DNA from: Mycobacteriales bacterium
GTDB taxonomy: Bacteria; Actinomycetota; Actinomycetes; JAFAQI01
Direction: 5' to 3'
Length of the DNA stretch: 64,000 nt
NCBI GenBank assembly: GCA_035547035.1
Contig: DASZVL010000028.1
Location: 50,230-114,229, forward strand
This document shows positions 10,769 to 20,143 of the stretch, piece after piece. Within the stretch, counting starts at the first letter, position 1. Every line of letters begins with the position of its first letter. Both the position numbers and the translations under genes were made by a program. Under the pieces are notes generated by a model that worked only from the letters and a program-made list of their open reading frames with translations, made no database searches and was not told the origin of the DNA.

Positions 10769-12949
10769 CTAGCCGGGTACGAACTCCCGCGGCGGTTCCA
10801 CGCCGAGCAGGCTGCGCACGAAGTGATCCCAGAACGTCATCTGCGCGTAGGGCCCGAGCTTGTAGTGGTCGACGCCCGGCCAGATCTTGAGGTCGAAGCG
10901 CTTGCCTGCCTTGATCAGGGCGTCGGCAAGCGCGAATGCGTGGTCGACGGTGGCGTTCTCGTCGATCTCGCCACCTGCGATGAGCAGGTCGCCCTTCAGC
11001 TGGTCGACGAGCTGAACGTTGCCGAGGCCGAGGTACTCCGCCGAGTCACGAGCCGGATCGGCACCCATGTGCCAGTCCCACATCCCGTAGCGCATCTTGC
11101 GCGGGTCGTGGACGCCCGCGCTGCTGATCGCTGCGCGGTAGAAGTCCGGGAACATGAGCAGCATTCGCGCGGAGTTGTAGCCGCCGTACGAGTGCCCCAC
11201 CACGCCGACTCGATCGAGGTCGAGCGACGGGTGTTCCCGGGCGAGCGCTGTGATGGCGGTGACGTGGTCTTCGAGACCGCGGCTCGTGTGGAACCGCTGG
11301 AAGGTCCACGTCCGAAACTCGCGCGCGCGGCCGGGTGTGCCACGCCCGTCGAGCATCACGCCGGCGAAGCCGAGCGCGTTGTAGCTCGGCAGGTAGACCT
11401 GTCGGCTGGCCAGCTTCGTGCCGCCGAGGAAGGCATGCGGCGAGTGGGTCGTCTGGAACCCGCCGTACACGTCCTCGACCACCGGAATGCGCTGCGGCTC
11501 GTGCGGTTCCGCCGGCAGCGACAGGACGCCCCACAGGTCCGTCACGCCGTCATCCGCCTTGACACAGAACGCCTCCGGTACGGCGTACCCCGCGTCGAGC
11601 AGGCGACTGACGTCAGTCCGCTCCAGCTCGAGAACGATCCGTCCGCCCTCGTCGGCATCGCGCAGCACGATGACGGGCGCGTCGCTCACGGTCGACTGGT
11701 GGTCGACGAAGAAGCGCCCACTCGGGCTGAAGCTCCGAACCGGGGGCTTGCCCTGCCCGAACACGAGGTGGAAGAACTGCGGCTCGGGTGCGATCAGCTC
11801 GTGATCCATCGGCTCGGGCGTGAGGAGCGCCTGCGTTCCGCCGTCGAAGCCGGCGCGGTAGACGCGGCGCCAGTAAGGGTTCCACCCTTGCTCGGCGCTC
11901 CCGGCGATGAAGGTGATCTCGCGGCGTGAGGCGTCGACGTGCAGCAGGTCACGGACGACGAGCTCGCCGTCGGTGACCCGGTTCTTGCACTCGCCGGTCG
12001 CGAGGTCGTAGAGGTAGAGATGCCCCCAGCCGTCGCGCTGCGAGAACAGGATCGCCTCGCCCGACTCCGGCAGGACGTGAGCGAGCGGCAGGCTGTAGAG
12101 GAACTGGTTGGCCTCGTAGAGCGGGCCCTCGTCGAGTACGACGACGTCCCGGCGCTCACCCGTCGCCACGTCGATCTCGACCAGCGCCGCGCGCTCGCCG
12201 CCTTGACGCCGGTTCAGCAGGTAGAGACGAGTCTCGTCGGCGGACCAGGTGACCTCGGTGGCGCCGTTCATCATCAACATCGACACGAGGCCGTCGGAGC
12301 TGTCGACCTTCGCCCAGTCCCCCGTGTCGAGGTCGATGATGCGGCACTCGGCCGGAGGCGGTTCCGCTTCGTCCTCCAGCGGCACCTTCCACTCGTGGCA
12401 CTCCGGACGCGCCGCACCGGACGGCGGAACGTTCTCGATCATGTGCTTCGTCGGCATGCTGCGCTCGTCGGTGCGCATCGTGATGACACGACGACCGGAC
12501 GGCGAGTGCACGGTGCCGACGGGCGGCAGGTCGAGGCCCATGCGCTTGAACGGCACGAACATGTTGCTGTCCGACGGCAGCGCACCCCAGGCGAAGCCCG
12601 GCTCGCCATCGGATGTCAGCTGCGTCTCCGTGTCGCCGTCGACGAGCCACAGGTTGTCGTCACGACGGCGCAGCCCGCGGCCGTCCGGGGCCGGCAGGAC
12701 GCCGGGGCGCACAGCGGGAGCGGTGGCATCGATGCCGAGCGCATCGAGGCTCGCGACGACAGTCCGCCTGCCGGCCACTGGGTCGACGAGCGCGAGCTCC
12801 TCCGTCCCATCGTCGGTCTCCCGGCGGTACCAGAAGGTGTCGCCGTCGCCGGTCCAGACCGGATCGACGCGACGGTTGCGCATGAGGGCGGGCAGCTTCT
12901 CCGGGGCGAGCGCGGCAGCTCGCTCATAGCGTTCGAGCAGGGTCGACAT
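10769..12949 (-). CDS. S9 family serine peptidase (dipeptidyl-aminopeptidase-like, propeller plus catalytic domain)
   Basis: The real start is the ATG at 12949 (MSTLLERYERAA). The catalytic elbow is VVGHSYGGYNS, with Asp/His regions GGEIDENATV and VDHYK downstream. Confidence 0.8.
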   Translation of the reverse strand: MSTLLERYERAAALAPEKLPALMRNRRVDPVWTGDGDTFWYRRETDDGTEELALVDPVAGRRTVVASLDALGIDATAPAVRPGVLPAPDGRGLRRRDDNLWLVDGDTETQLTSDGEPGFAWGALPSDSNMFVPFKRMGLDLPPVGTVHSPSGRRVITMRTDERSMPTKHMIENVPPSGAARPECHEWKVPLEDEAEPPPAECRIIDLDTGDWAKVDSSDGLVSMLMMNGATEVTWSADETRLYLLNRRQGGERAALVEIDVATGERRDVVVLDEGPLYEANQFLYSLPLAHVLPESGEAILFSQRDGWGHLYLYDLATGECKNRVTDGELVVRDLLHVDASRREITFIAGSAEQGWNPYWRRVYRAGFDGGTQALLTPEPMDHELIAPEPQFFHLVFGQGKPPVRSFSPSGRFFVDHQSTVSDAPVIVLRDADEGGRIVLELERTDVSRLLDAGYAVPEAFCVKADDGVTDLWGVLSLPAEPHEPQRIPVVEDVYGGFQTTHSPHAFLGGTKLASRQVYLPSYNALGFAGVMLDGRGTPGRAREFRTWTFQRFHTSRGLEDHVTAITALAREHPSLDLDRVGVVGHSYGGYNSARMLLMFPDFYRAAISSAGVHDPRKMRYGMWDWHMGADPARDSAEYLGLGNVQLVDQLKGDLLIAGGEIDENATVDHAFALADALIKAGKRFDLKIWPGVDHYKLGPYAQMTFWDHFVRSLLGVEPPREFVPG

Positions 12950-13069
12950 GCGCGGACAGTACGGCAGCCGGCGGGACCGGCGCGAGGTGCATCTGTCGAG
13001 CCGGCGCGCGGCTCGCTGCGACATCTGTCGCGGGCGCATCCGCCGCGCGGGCGGCAGGATCAGTCCCCG

Positions 13070-13906
13070 ATGATCACCTTGCGAGACGGGCGCAACGTCC
13101 AGGTGCAGGAGTACGGCGACCCAGCGGGCTCTCCCGCGCTGTGGTTCCACGGCGCGATGTCGAGCCGCCTCGAGGGCGGGTTCTTCGACGCGGCTGCCCA
13201 CGAGCTCGGCGTAAGACTCGTTGCCCTCGACCGGCCTGGCGTGGGTGGCTCTGACCCACTCGCCGGTCGATCGGCCACGGACTACGCACTGGATGCCACT
13301 GACGTCCTCGACGCGTTGGGCATCGACCGAGCGGCGGTCGGCGGCCAGAGCAACGGGGGCATGTACGCGATGGCCGTGGCCTCGCAGATCCCCGACCGCG
13401 TCGTGCGAGCCGTGCCTTACAACCCGACGACACCCGTCGCCGACCGAGCCGCCAAAGCGGCCCTGTCGCGAGGTGCGCGGATGTCGTACTCCGTCATGGC
13501 GCGCAAGCCGGAGATGGTCACCAAGCAGGCCGTCCGGTCAAGCACCCCAGGAAGGCTCGCTGCCGCACTCGCTCGGCGGACCAACCCCGACATGCGGCTG
13601 CTGGACGATCCAGCCACCGCCGCGGCGTGGGCCGCGAACACCGGTGAGGTGCTCAAGCAGCTCGACAGCGGGTACCTCGCCGGCGAGATCGACCTCGCGG
13701 TCGGTCGTTGGGGGTTCGACCATCGGGCGGTGCAGGTGCCGGTGGTCCTCGTCAGTGGCGAGAAGGACGGCGGGCTCGGCTACGCGAAGGTCTGGGCGAA
13801 CGAGCTCCCGGACGGTCGGCTGGTCGTCGTACCGCACGGGCACATCGGAATGCTCGATCCGGCCGTCGCTCACCGGATCGTCGAGCTGCTGGCCGGCCGG
13901 CCCTAA
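13070..13906 (+). CDS. alpha/beta hydrolase
   Basis: Starts at the ATG at 13070 (MITLRDGRNVQVQEYGD). It has HG-type oxyanion context (LWFHGAMSS), the elbow GGQSNGGMYA and a C-terminal HGHIGMLD. Confidence 0.75.
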   Translation: MITLRDGRNVQVQEYGDPAGSPALWFHGAMSSRLEGGFFDAAAHELGVRLVALDRPGVGGSDPLAGRSATDYALDATDVLDALGIDRAAVGGQSNGGMYAMAVASQIPDRVVRAVPYNPTTPVADRAAKAALSRGARMSYSVMARKPEMVTKQAVRSSTPGRLAAALARRTNPDMRLLDDPATAAAWAANTGEVLKQLDSGYLAGEIDLAVGRWGFDHRAVQVPVVLVSGEKDGGLGYAKVWANELPDGRLVVVPHGHIGMLDPAVAHRIVELLAGRP

Positions 13907-13989
13907 GCACGCCACGCGTCCGAGCCCAGCCCGGCGCGGTATGAAGACGATCTAGGCGTCGCGACCACAGTCTGGAAGGAATCGTCGCC

Positions 13990-16641
13990 GTGTCGGGGTT
14001 GTCTTCGCGCCTTGCGATCGGTGCGGCGTCGCTCGCCGCGCTCGCCGCCGCGGCCGTGCTCGCGGTGCCCGCAGCGCACGCCGGCTCGCATCGGCCGGGA
14101 CACTCGCCACGGCACCGGGACTTCTTCGCGGTGCCCCCGGCAGCGTTCATGCACCCCTTGGGGGAGTTCCCGGCGGACGGACCGTGCAGTACGTACGACT
14201 TGGGCGACACCCGCTGCACTCACCTCGGCGTCGGCGAGCCTGCGCCGTTCGCGAACGCGAATCCGCCCAGCCAGCCGGGACTCGGCGTCCCACTGGGAGG
14301 CGTCGGCGCCGGGTCGTTCATGGTCAACCAGGCAGGCACCTTCGGTCCGTGGGACTTCGGCGGCCAGGACGAGCTGAACTTCGAAAACCGCATCCTGCCC
14401 CAGGCCGCGTTTCACCTGCGAGAGCACCTCTCCGGTCACCGGAGAACGGTGCGCACTCTGGCGGTCAACAAGCGGCCCTGGGACCAGCTGCCCCGCGCCT
14501 GGCGCAGTCGCGCGCTGCGGCCGGGGCAGGGCAGCTACGCAGCGCTGTATCCCTTCGGCTGGACCAGCTACACGCCGTTCGCGGCAGACGTGTCGATGCG
14601 GTTCTGGTCTCCGATCATCGCGGGCAACGACGAGCAGACCTCGATGCCTGTGGCGTTCTTCGACGTCCGCCTCGCCAACCACACGGCCGACACGGACCAC
14701 CTCTCAGTGATGTTCACGATGCCCAACGCCCCGGAGCACGTCGGCGGGTACTGGCAGCTACCGGCCGGGAAGCTGCCTGCGACGGTACGACGCGGCCTGT
14801 CGAGCCGCGTGCAGCATGACCGTCGCAGCGGCGTCACGGGCGTCACGCTGAGCGCCTCCGACCCTCACAACACGGTGGACGCCCGGGACTCCGACTGGAC
14901 CATCGCGGCCAGACCCGGACGCGGTCAGCACGTCAGCTTCACGACGTCGTGGAACGCCGCCGGAAGCGGCCACGACGTGATGGCGCCGTTCGCCCGCACC
15001 GGAAGGCTGCCCGACCGCGCGCTCGAGCGGTCACGCTCCGCGGGCGCGATCGCCGTTCGCGTTGCACTGCGACCCGGCCAGGTCGCGACCATTCCGTTTG
15101 CGCTCGCGTGGGACTTTCCCGAAGTCACGTTCTCCCCCACCGGCTTGGGTCAGCACCTCGGGCTGGGCAACGCCGTACTAGGGCATCTGCCGTCCGGTTC
15201 CGGCGGCTCGTCACTGGTGTGGATGCGCCGTTACACCTCCTATTTCGGGGCAACCGAAAATCGCCGCAACGACTACGTCCGCGGCTCCTACCCGTTCCAT
15301 CGCGGCTTCGCCATCGCCGACCGCGAGCTGTCCCGCCGGCTCGCGCTGTTGCGGGGGGTGCGTCGTTGGTGGCGACCCATCGTGTCCGATCCGGCGTACC
15401 CGCCGTGGCTGACCCGCGAGGCGCTCAACGAGCTGACCCAGATGGTGTTCAACGACTCGTTCTGGGAATCCGGGCTCGTCACGAAGACCCGCTCACCCCG
15501 GACCAGGATCGGCGCCGCCATTCCCGGCACGCACATGTTCTTCACGCGCACCGGCGGCGGCTGGGCGGAGTGGAACGAGTGGGACACCGACATCTACGGC
15601 TATCTGGCCGAGGCCGCCTACTGGCCGGACCTCGAACGTGATCGGCTTCGTGCCGTTCTGCAAACCGTCCGACAGGGCACGTTGCCCACCCTCGGGAGCC
15701 GCGCCGCCGGATCGCTGGACTTCCAGGACGTCCCGATGATCACCATCCTGCGGGCCTTCGCCTACCTCCGCCACAGCGGCAACCGAGCCTTCCTGCGCTT
15801 CGCCTATCCCGCGATGGTCGACCTGTACGACTACCTCGCAGCGGGCATCAAACCGGGCGACCACATCCCGCCGGACTACCCCGGTCAATCGAGCACCTAT
15901 GACCTGGTCGAGGTGGTCGGACACGGCGTCTACAACGCCGAGCTATGGCTGCTCACCGACGAGATCATGGACAACGTCGCGCGCAGGGCGGGGACGCTCG
16001 GGCTGCCCGGTGCCAGCCGCGCATTCCAGAAGCAGATCCGCAGCAACCTCGCCGCGGCCAAGTCCGAGTTCGAATCGCTGTTCTGGGATCCGGTCGGCCA
16101 CCACTACAAGATCGACGCCGCGGGATCCTACGGCGACGGGATCTTCCTCAGCACGTTGTTCGCGCAACACTTCGCGACCAGCCTCCACCTGCCACCGCTC
16201 GTCAACCGGCAGCACGAGGTCGACCAGCTGCAGACGGCGTACCCGAAGCTGATGCATCTCAAGGACAGCGCCGGCCACGAGATCGGGCCACCTCTCGTGG
16301 TGACCAACGGAGGGCAGCCGTTTCCGACGCCATGCGCGAATGAGATCTGCGAGGTGTGGCAGGGCGCCGCGATGTTCGCCGCAGCCACGTACGCCGGCGA
16401 AGGGCGACGCCTCCACCTACCTGTGCTCGTGCGTGACGGGCTGCGGATCGCTCACGTCATCGAGTACCAAACCACGGAGAACACCGACAACGGCTACCTG
16501 TTCGACCCACCGGAATCGTGGTACGACGACAGCACGGCCACGTACCGCAGTCCCGAGTTCAACCGGTCGCGGGCCGGCATCGAGGTCCTCGACAGCCTCG
16601 CGGCATTGCCCGGCGCATTCCCCCACACCTCGCGACGCTGA
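13990..16641 (+). CDS. secreted GH116-like glycoside hydrolase (GBA2-type beta-glucosidase/glucosylceramidase family)
   Basis: A signal peptide ends in AHA. The N-terminal motif GVPLGGVGAGSFMVNQAGTFGPWDF is typical of the GH116 N-domain, and the protein is large (883 aa). The family call was made by eye only. Confidence 0.6.
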   Translation: MSGLSSRLAIGAASLAALAAAAVLAVPAAHAGSHRPGHSPRHRDFFAVPPAAFMHPLGEFPADGPCSTYDLGDTRCTHLGVGEPAPFANANPPSQPGLGVPLGGVGAGSFMVNQAGTFGPWDFGGQDELNFENRILPQAAFHLREHLSGHRRTVRTLAVNKRPWDQLPRAWRSRALRPGQGSYAALYPFGWTSYTPFAADVSMRFWSPIIAGNDEQTSMPVAFFDVRLANHTADTDHLSVMFTMPNAPEHVGGYWQLPAGKLPATVRRGLSSRVQHDRRSGVTGVTLSASDPHNTVDARDSDWTIAARPGRGQHVSFTTSWNAAGSGHDVMAPFARTGRLPDRALERSRSAGAIAVRVALRPGQVATIPFALAWDFPEVTFSPTGLGQHLGLGNAVLGHLPSGSGGSSLVWMRRYTSYFGATENRRNDYVRGSYPFHRGFAIADRELSRRLALLRGVRRWWRPIVSDPAYPPWLTREALNELTQMVFNDSFWESGLVTKTRSPRTRIGAAIPGTHMFFTRTGGGWAEWNEWDTDIYGYLAEAAYWPDLERDRLRAVLQTVRQGTLPTLGSRAAGSLDFQDVPMITILRAFAYLRHSGNRAFLRFAYPAMVDLYDYLAAGIKPGDHIPPDYPGQSSTYDLVEVVGHGVYNAELWLLTDEIMDNVARRAGTLGLPGASRAFQKQIRSNLAAAKSEFESLFWDPVGHHYKIDAAGSYGDGIFLSTLFAQHFATSLHLPPLVNRQHEVDQLQTAYPKLMHLKDSAGHEIGPPLVVTNGGQPFPTPCANEICEVWQGAAMFAAATYAGEGRRLHLPVLVRDGLRIAHVIEYQTTENTDNGYLFDPPESWYDDSTATYRSPEFNRSRAGIEVLDSLAALPGAFPHTSRR

Positions 16642-16756
16642 TCCGCGCCGGACTTCTGCCGGTGCCCCTATCGACCGCCGCGGCCAGAGCCATATGTCCC
16701 GAAGGTTTGTCTCTACGCACTGGGCCCGCCGCGAGCACGGTGCGTGGGCGGCTCGC

Positions 16757-16813
16757 CGAACTTGCGACTTCCAACCGAAATTCGCGCCGGAACGGGTGGA
16801 AAGTGCAAGTTCG
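16757..16813 (-). terminator. imperfect long hairpin just downstream of tRNA-Arg (CGAACTTGC...GCAAGTTCG)
   Basis: A 9-bp perfect inverted repeat with additional inner pairing lies 12 nt past the tRNA 3' end on the minus strand. There is no U-tract. Confidence 0.3.
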
Positions 16814-16824
16814 CGGATGCAACG

Positions 16825-16896
16825 TGCCCCCGGCAGGATTCGAACCTGCGCCCCTGCCTCCGGAGGGCAGTGCTCTATCCCCTGAGCTACGGGGGC
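16825..16896 (-). tRNA. tRNA-Arg (anticodon CCG)
   Basis: The reverse complement reads GCCCCCGTAGCTCAGGGGATAGAGCACTGCCCTCCGGAGGCAGGGGCGCAGGTTCGAATCCTGCCGGGGGCA. It has a 7-bp acceptor stem, D and T arms (GGTTCGAATCC) and the anticodon loop CT-CCG-GA. CCA is not encoded. Confidence 0.9.
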
Positions 16897-16934
16897 GACG
16901 CGAGTCAACCCACGGCTGCCGAGGCTAGCAGCGA

Positions 16935-17723
16935 GTGCGGTTCCCGCCGGTTGCCAGAATGCGTGACAGACGTCTGGGAGGACACGCAGTGGCGCTCGTC
17001 GTACGGCAGGACCGCGAGGGATGGACACAGCTGACCCTGAACCGGCCGGAGAAGCTCAACGCGTTGACCGTCGAGATGTTCCGGGAGCTGCGCGCGCACG
17101 TCGAGGCGCTGCAGGCGGACACGACGGTCGGCTGCGTCGTCCTTCGCGGCGCCGGTCGTTGCTTCTCCGCCGGGCACGACCTCGCGGACATCGCGGGAGG
17201 CGAGCGCACACCGTCGCGGGGATGGCACAGCGAGACGTTGCTGATGCTCGAACGACTTCCTCAGCCGGTCATTGCGGCCGTACACGGCCACTGCTACACG
17301 GGCGGACTGGAGGTGGCGCTCGCCGCTGACTTCATCGTCGCGGCCGACGACGCAAAGTTCGCCGACACGCATGCGAAGTGGGCGCTCGCGCCGATCTGGG
17401 GCATGAGTCAGCGACTGCCGCGCCGGGTCGGGATCGCGACCGCCAAGCGCCTCAGCTTCACCGCGGAGACGATCGACGCGAGCGAGGCGCTGCGCATCGG
17501 CCTCGCTGAGCACGTCTACGCCGTCGAAACCTTCGACGCCGACGTCGAACGGCTTGCGCTACAGATCGTCGCTAACTCACCCTTCACCCACGCCGCCAAC
17601 AAGCGGCTCCTGCAGGCCACCGACGGAATGACGCTCACGGCAGGACTGCAGTGGGAAGTGCTGGAGTGTGAGGGCGTCGGTCCGGATGCCGGAACGCGGA
17701 TCGCCGCGTTCACCGGCAAGTAG
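16935..17723 (+). CDS. enoyl-CoA hydratase/isomerase (crotonase) family protein
   Basis: Crotonase motifs are present: LNRPEKLNALT, VVLRGAGRCFSAGHDL, and AAVHGHCYTGGLEVALAAD for the oxyanion hole. The start may be a few codons downstream. Confidence 0.8.
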   Translation: MRFPPVARMRDRRLGGHAVALVVRQDREGWTQLTLNRPEKLNALTVEMFRELRAHVEALQADTTVGCVVLRGAGRCFSAGHDLADIAGGERTPSRGWHSETLLMLERLPQPVIAAVHGHCYTGGLEVALAADFIVAADDAKFADTHAKWALAPIWGMSQRLPRRVGIATAKRLSFTAETIDASEALRIGLAEHVYAVETFDADVERLALQIVANSPFTHAANKRLLQATDGMTLTAGLQWEVLECEGVGPDAGTRIAAFTGK

Positions 17724-17738
17724 GCAGAAGGAAACGAC

Positions 17739-18941
17739 ATGAACCTCGACCAGGATCCGGCGCTCGAGGACTTCCGCAACGAAGTCGCGGAGTTCCTCGA
17801 CACCGCGCCGACCGACGAGATCCGAGAAGCCGGACGCAAGACGACGAGCGTCTTCGCGCCGTTCGATCAGGTGATGGCCTGGCACCGGATCCTCGCGAAG
17901 AAGGGCTGGGCGGCACCGGCATGGCCGGTCGAGTACGGCGGCACCGGCTGGTCGGTCGAGCAGCGCTACGTCTACGCCGAGGAGTACTGGAAGCGCGACC
18001 TCCCGCCACTGCTTCCAAACGGTCTGCAGATGGTCGGCCCGCTGTTGATGCATCTCGGCACCGACGAGCAGAAGGCGCGCTACCTGCCGGGCATCCTCGC
18101 CGGTGAGGACTACTGGACGCAGGGCTACTCGGAGCCGGGTGCGGGCTCGGACCTTGCGTCACTGTCCTGCTCGGCGGTCGCCGATGGCGAGGACTACATC
18201 ATCAATGGCAGCAAGATCTGGACGACCTTTGCCCATCATGCAAACCGCATGTTCATGCTCGTGCGCACCAGCAATGAGGGCAAGAAGCAGGCCGGCATCA
18301 CGTTCCTGCTGCTCGATCGAGTCGATCTACCCGGGCTGGAGATCCGGCCGATCATCGGGCTGGACGGCGTACCCGAGCAGTGTGAGGTCTTCTTCCACGA
18401 CGTACGAGTCCCGCAGTCGGGTCGCGTCGGCGCGGAGAACGACGGCTGGTCTGTCGCGAAGCAGCTGCTCATCCACGAACGCGGCGGTGCCGTCGCGAGC
18501 CCTGCCCTACGTCGCCGCGTCGACGCGATCCGGGAGGCCGCTGCGAGCACCCGCACGGCGTTCGGCGGCATCCTCGCCGACGACCCGGTGTTCCAGCGCG
18601 ACCTCGGGCTGCTCGAGGCCGAGATCGGCTCCATCGAGCACTTCGAGAAGCTGGTCATCAGCAGTCACCCGATGACACAGGACTTCGCGCTCCCGTCGAT
18701 GGCGAAGGTCATGAACACCGAGGTGACCCAGACGTTGTCGACACTCATGACTCGAGTGGCCGGCCTGAAGAGTCTCGCGGTGCAGACCGCGGCGCTCGAG
18801 GTCGGCTCGACGACAGCGCAGCTCGACGACGCCTTCTCTGCCGTTGCGATGCCCTACTACCTCAACAGCCGCGCGACGACGATCTACGCCGGCACCAACG
18901 AGATCCAGCGGGACCTGATCGCCCGCTCGATTGCGCACTGA
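17739..18941 (+). CDS. acyl-CoA dehydrogenase
   Basis: ACAD N, middle and C domains are recognisable (GYSEPGAGSDLAS, WTTFAHHA). The C-terminal IYAGTNEIQRDL has Ala where MCAD-type enzymes have the catalytic Glu. Confidence 0.85.
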   Translation: MNLDQDPALEDFRNEVAEFLDTAPTDEIREAGRKTTSVFAPFDQVMAWHRILAKKGWAAPAWPVEYGGTGWSVEQRYVYAEEYWKRDLPPLLPNGLQMVGPLLMHLGTDEQKARYLPGILAGEDYWTQGYSEPGAGSDLASLSCSAVADGEDYIINGSKIWTTFAHHANRMFMLVRTSNEGKKQAGITFLLLDRVDLPGLEIRPIIGLDGVPEQCEVFFHDVRVPQSGRVGAENDGWSVAKQLLIHERGGAVASPALRRRVDAIREAAASTRTAFGGILADDPVFQRDLGLLEAEIGSIEHFEKLVISSHPMTQDFALPSMAKVMNTEVTQTLSTLMTRVAGLKSLAVQTAALEVGSTTAQLDDAFSAVAMPYYLNSRATTIYAGTNEIQRDLIARSIAH

Positions 18942-18951
18942 GGCGGCATCG

Positions 18952-20055
18952 ATGGACCTGACCTTCTCGCACGAACAACGGCTGCTGGCCGACGGCGTCG
19001 AGCGCTTCCTCGAACAGGAGCGCGACTTCCACGCGCGACGGGCGCAGCTCGCGGCGGGCGTGACGCTCGCACCGAACGTATGGCGCCACCTCGCCGACCA
19101 GGGCCTGCTGTCGCTGCCGCGGTCCGAGGCTGCCGGTGGCATGGGTGGAACGATCGTCGACGTCGTGGCAGTCGCGATGCGCTTCGGCGCGGCGCTGCTC
19201 ACCGAGCCCTACCTCGCAACCGTCGTCCTCGCCGGTGGCGCCCTGGAAGCGGCGGGCGGCGACGACGCCCGGGCCCTGCTCGCCCGCGTCGCTGCGGGAG
19301 ACGCAATCGTCGCGTTCGCTCACGACGAGGACGTCAGCGGAGCTCCGGTGAGCCAGATCGAGACGGCCGCGATCGCCAAGGACGGCGGCTACGTGCTCAA
19401 CGGCCGCAAGTCGTTGGTGCTTGCCGGAGGTGACGCCGACCACGTAGTCGTCACCGCGAAGCACGACGACGTCTGCGCGTTGTTCCTCGTCGACGCGCAT
19501 GCCGACGGCGTCACGACCGAGAGCTTCGTGACGATCGACGGGCGCGGGGCGGCGCGGATCAGCTTCGACGACGTCGTCGTGCCGGAGCGCGCGCTGATCC
19601 TGCCCGACGCGCAGGCCGTGATCGAGCAGATCGTCGGCGACGCGACGGTCTATCTCGCGGCTGAGTCCGTCGGCGCCATGGACGCGCTGTTCCGCATGAC
19701 GGCGTCGTACGCCGCGACCCGCAACCAGTTCGGCGTCCCGATCGGCAGCTTCCAGACCATCGCGCACCGCCTCGCCGACATGAAGATCGCACTGACGAAA
19801 GCCCAGGCGTCGCTGCTCTACGTGACAGCACTCAGGGAAGCGGGGCAGGCGCGGCCATCCGACCTCTCGCAGCTCAAGGCACAGACCGGGCGGCTAGGGC
19901 GCTCGCTCGCCGAGGCAGCGGTCCAGACCCACGGCGGCGTCGGCATGACCGACGAGCTCGCGGTGGGCCATCTGCTCAAGCGGCTGCTGGCGAACGACGC
20001 GTTGTTCGGCGACGCCGAGCTCCACCTTCGGCGCCTCGGCTCAGGGTCAGACTGA
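18952..20055 (+). CDS. acyl-CoA dehydrogenase family protein (possible partner subunit)
   Basis: Starts at the ATG at 18952 (MDLTFSHEQRLLADGVERF), 10 nt after the upstream ACAD stop. It has an ACAD-like C-terminus (RNQFGVPIGSFQTIAHRLADM). Confidence 0.8.
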   Translation: MDLTFSHEQRLLADGVERFLEQERDFHARRAQLAAGVTLAPNVWRHLADQGLLSLPRSEAAGGMGGTIVDVVAVAMRFGAALLTEPYLATVVLAGGALEAAGGDDARALLARVAAGDAIVAFAHDEDVSGAPVSQIETAAIAKDGGYVLNGRKSLVLAGGDADHVVVTAKHDDVCALFLVDAHADGVTTESFVTIDGRGAARISFDDVVVPERALILPDAQAVIEQIVGDATVYLAAESVGAMDALFRMTASYAATRNQFGVPIGSFQTIAHRLADMKIALTKAQASLLYVTALREAGQARPSDLSQLKAQTGRLGRSLAEAAVQTHGGVGMTDELAVGHLLKRLLANDALFGDAELHLRRLGSGSD

Positions 20056-20064
20056 AGACGCCTG

Positions 20065-20128
20065 CGTCGAGGCCAACGTTGATGGCCAAACGCAGCGCGT
20101 TTTTTGGCCCTTGTCGTTGGCCTCGACG
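20065..20128. repeat. nested palindromic intergenic element, copy A
   Basis: The outer 14-bp stem is CGTCGAGGCCAACG / CGTTGGCCTCGACG. It encloses an inner hairpin, GGCCAAACGC-AGC-GCGTTT(TTT)GGCC. The flanks match the copy at 57198-57259. Confidence 0.5.
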
Positions 20129-20143
20129 GTCTTGTGGCGTCCG

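Noticed and set aside
16642-16934. tRNA-Arg as the boundary of an integrated genomic island.
   Set aside because: There is no integrase or recombinase nearby. I found no duplicated copy of the tRNA 3' end (att-like direct repeat) in the window.
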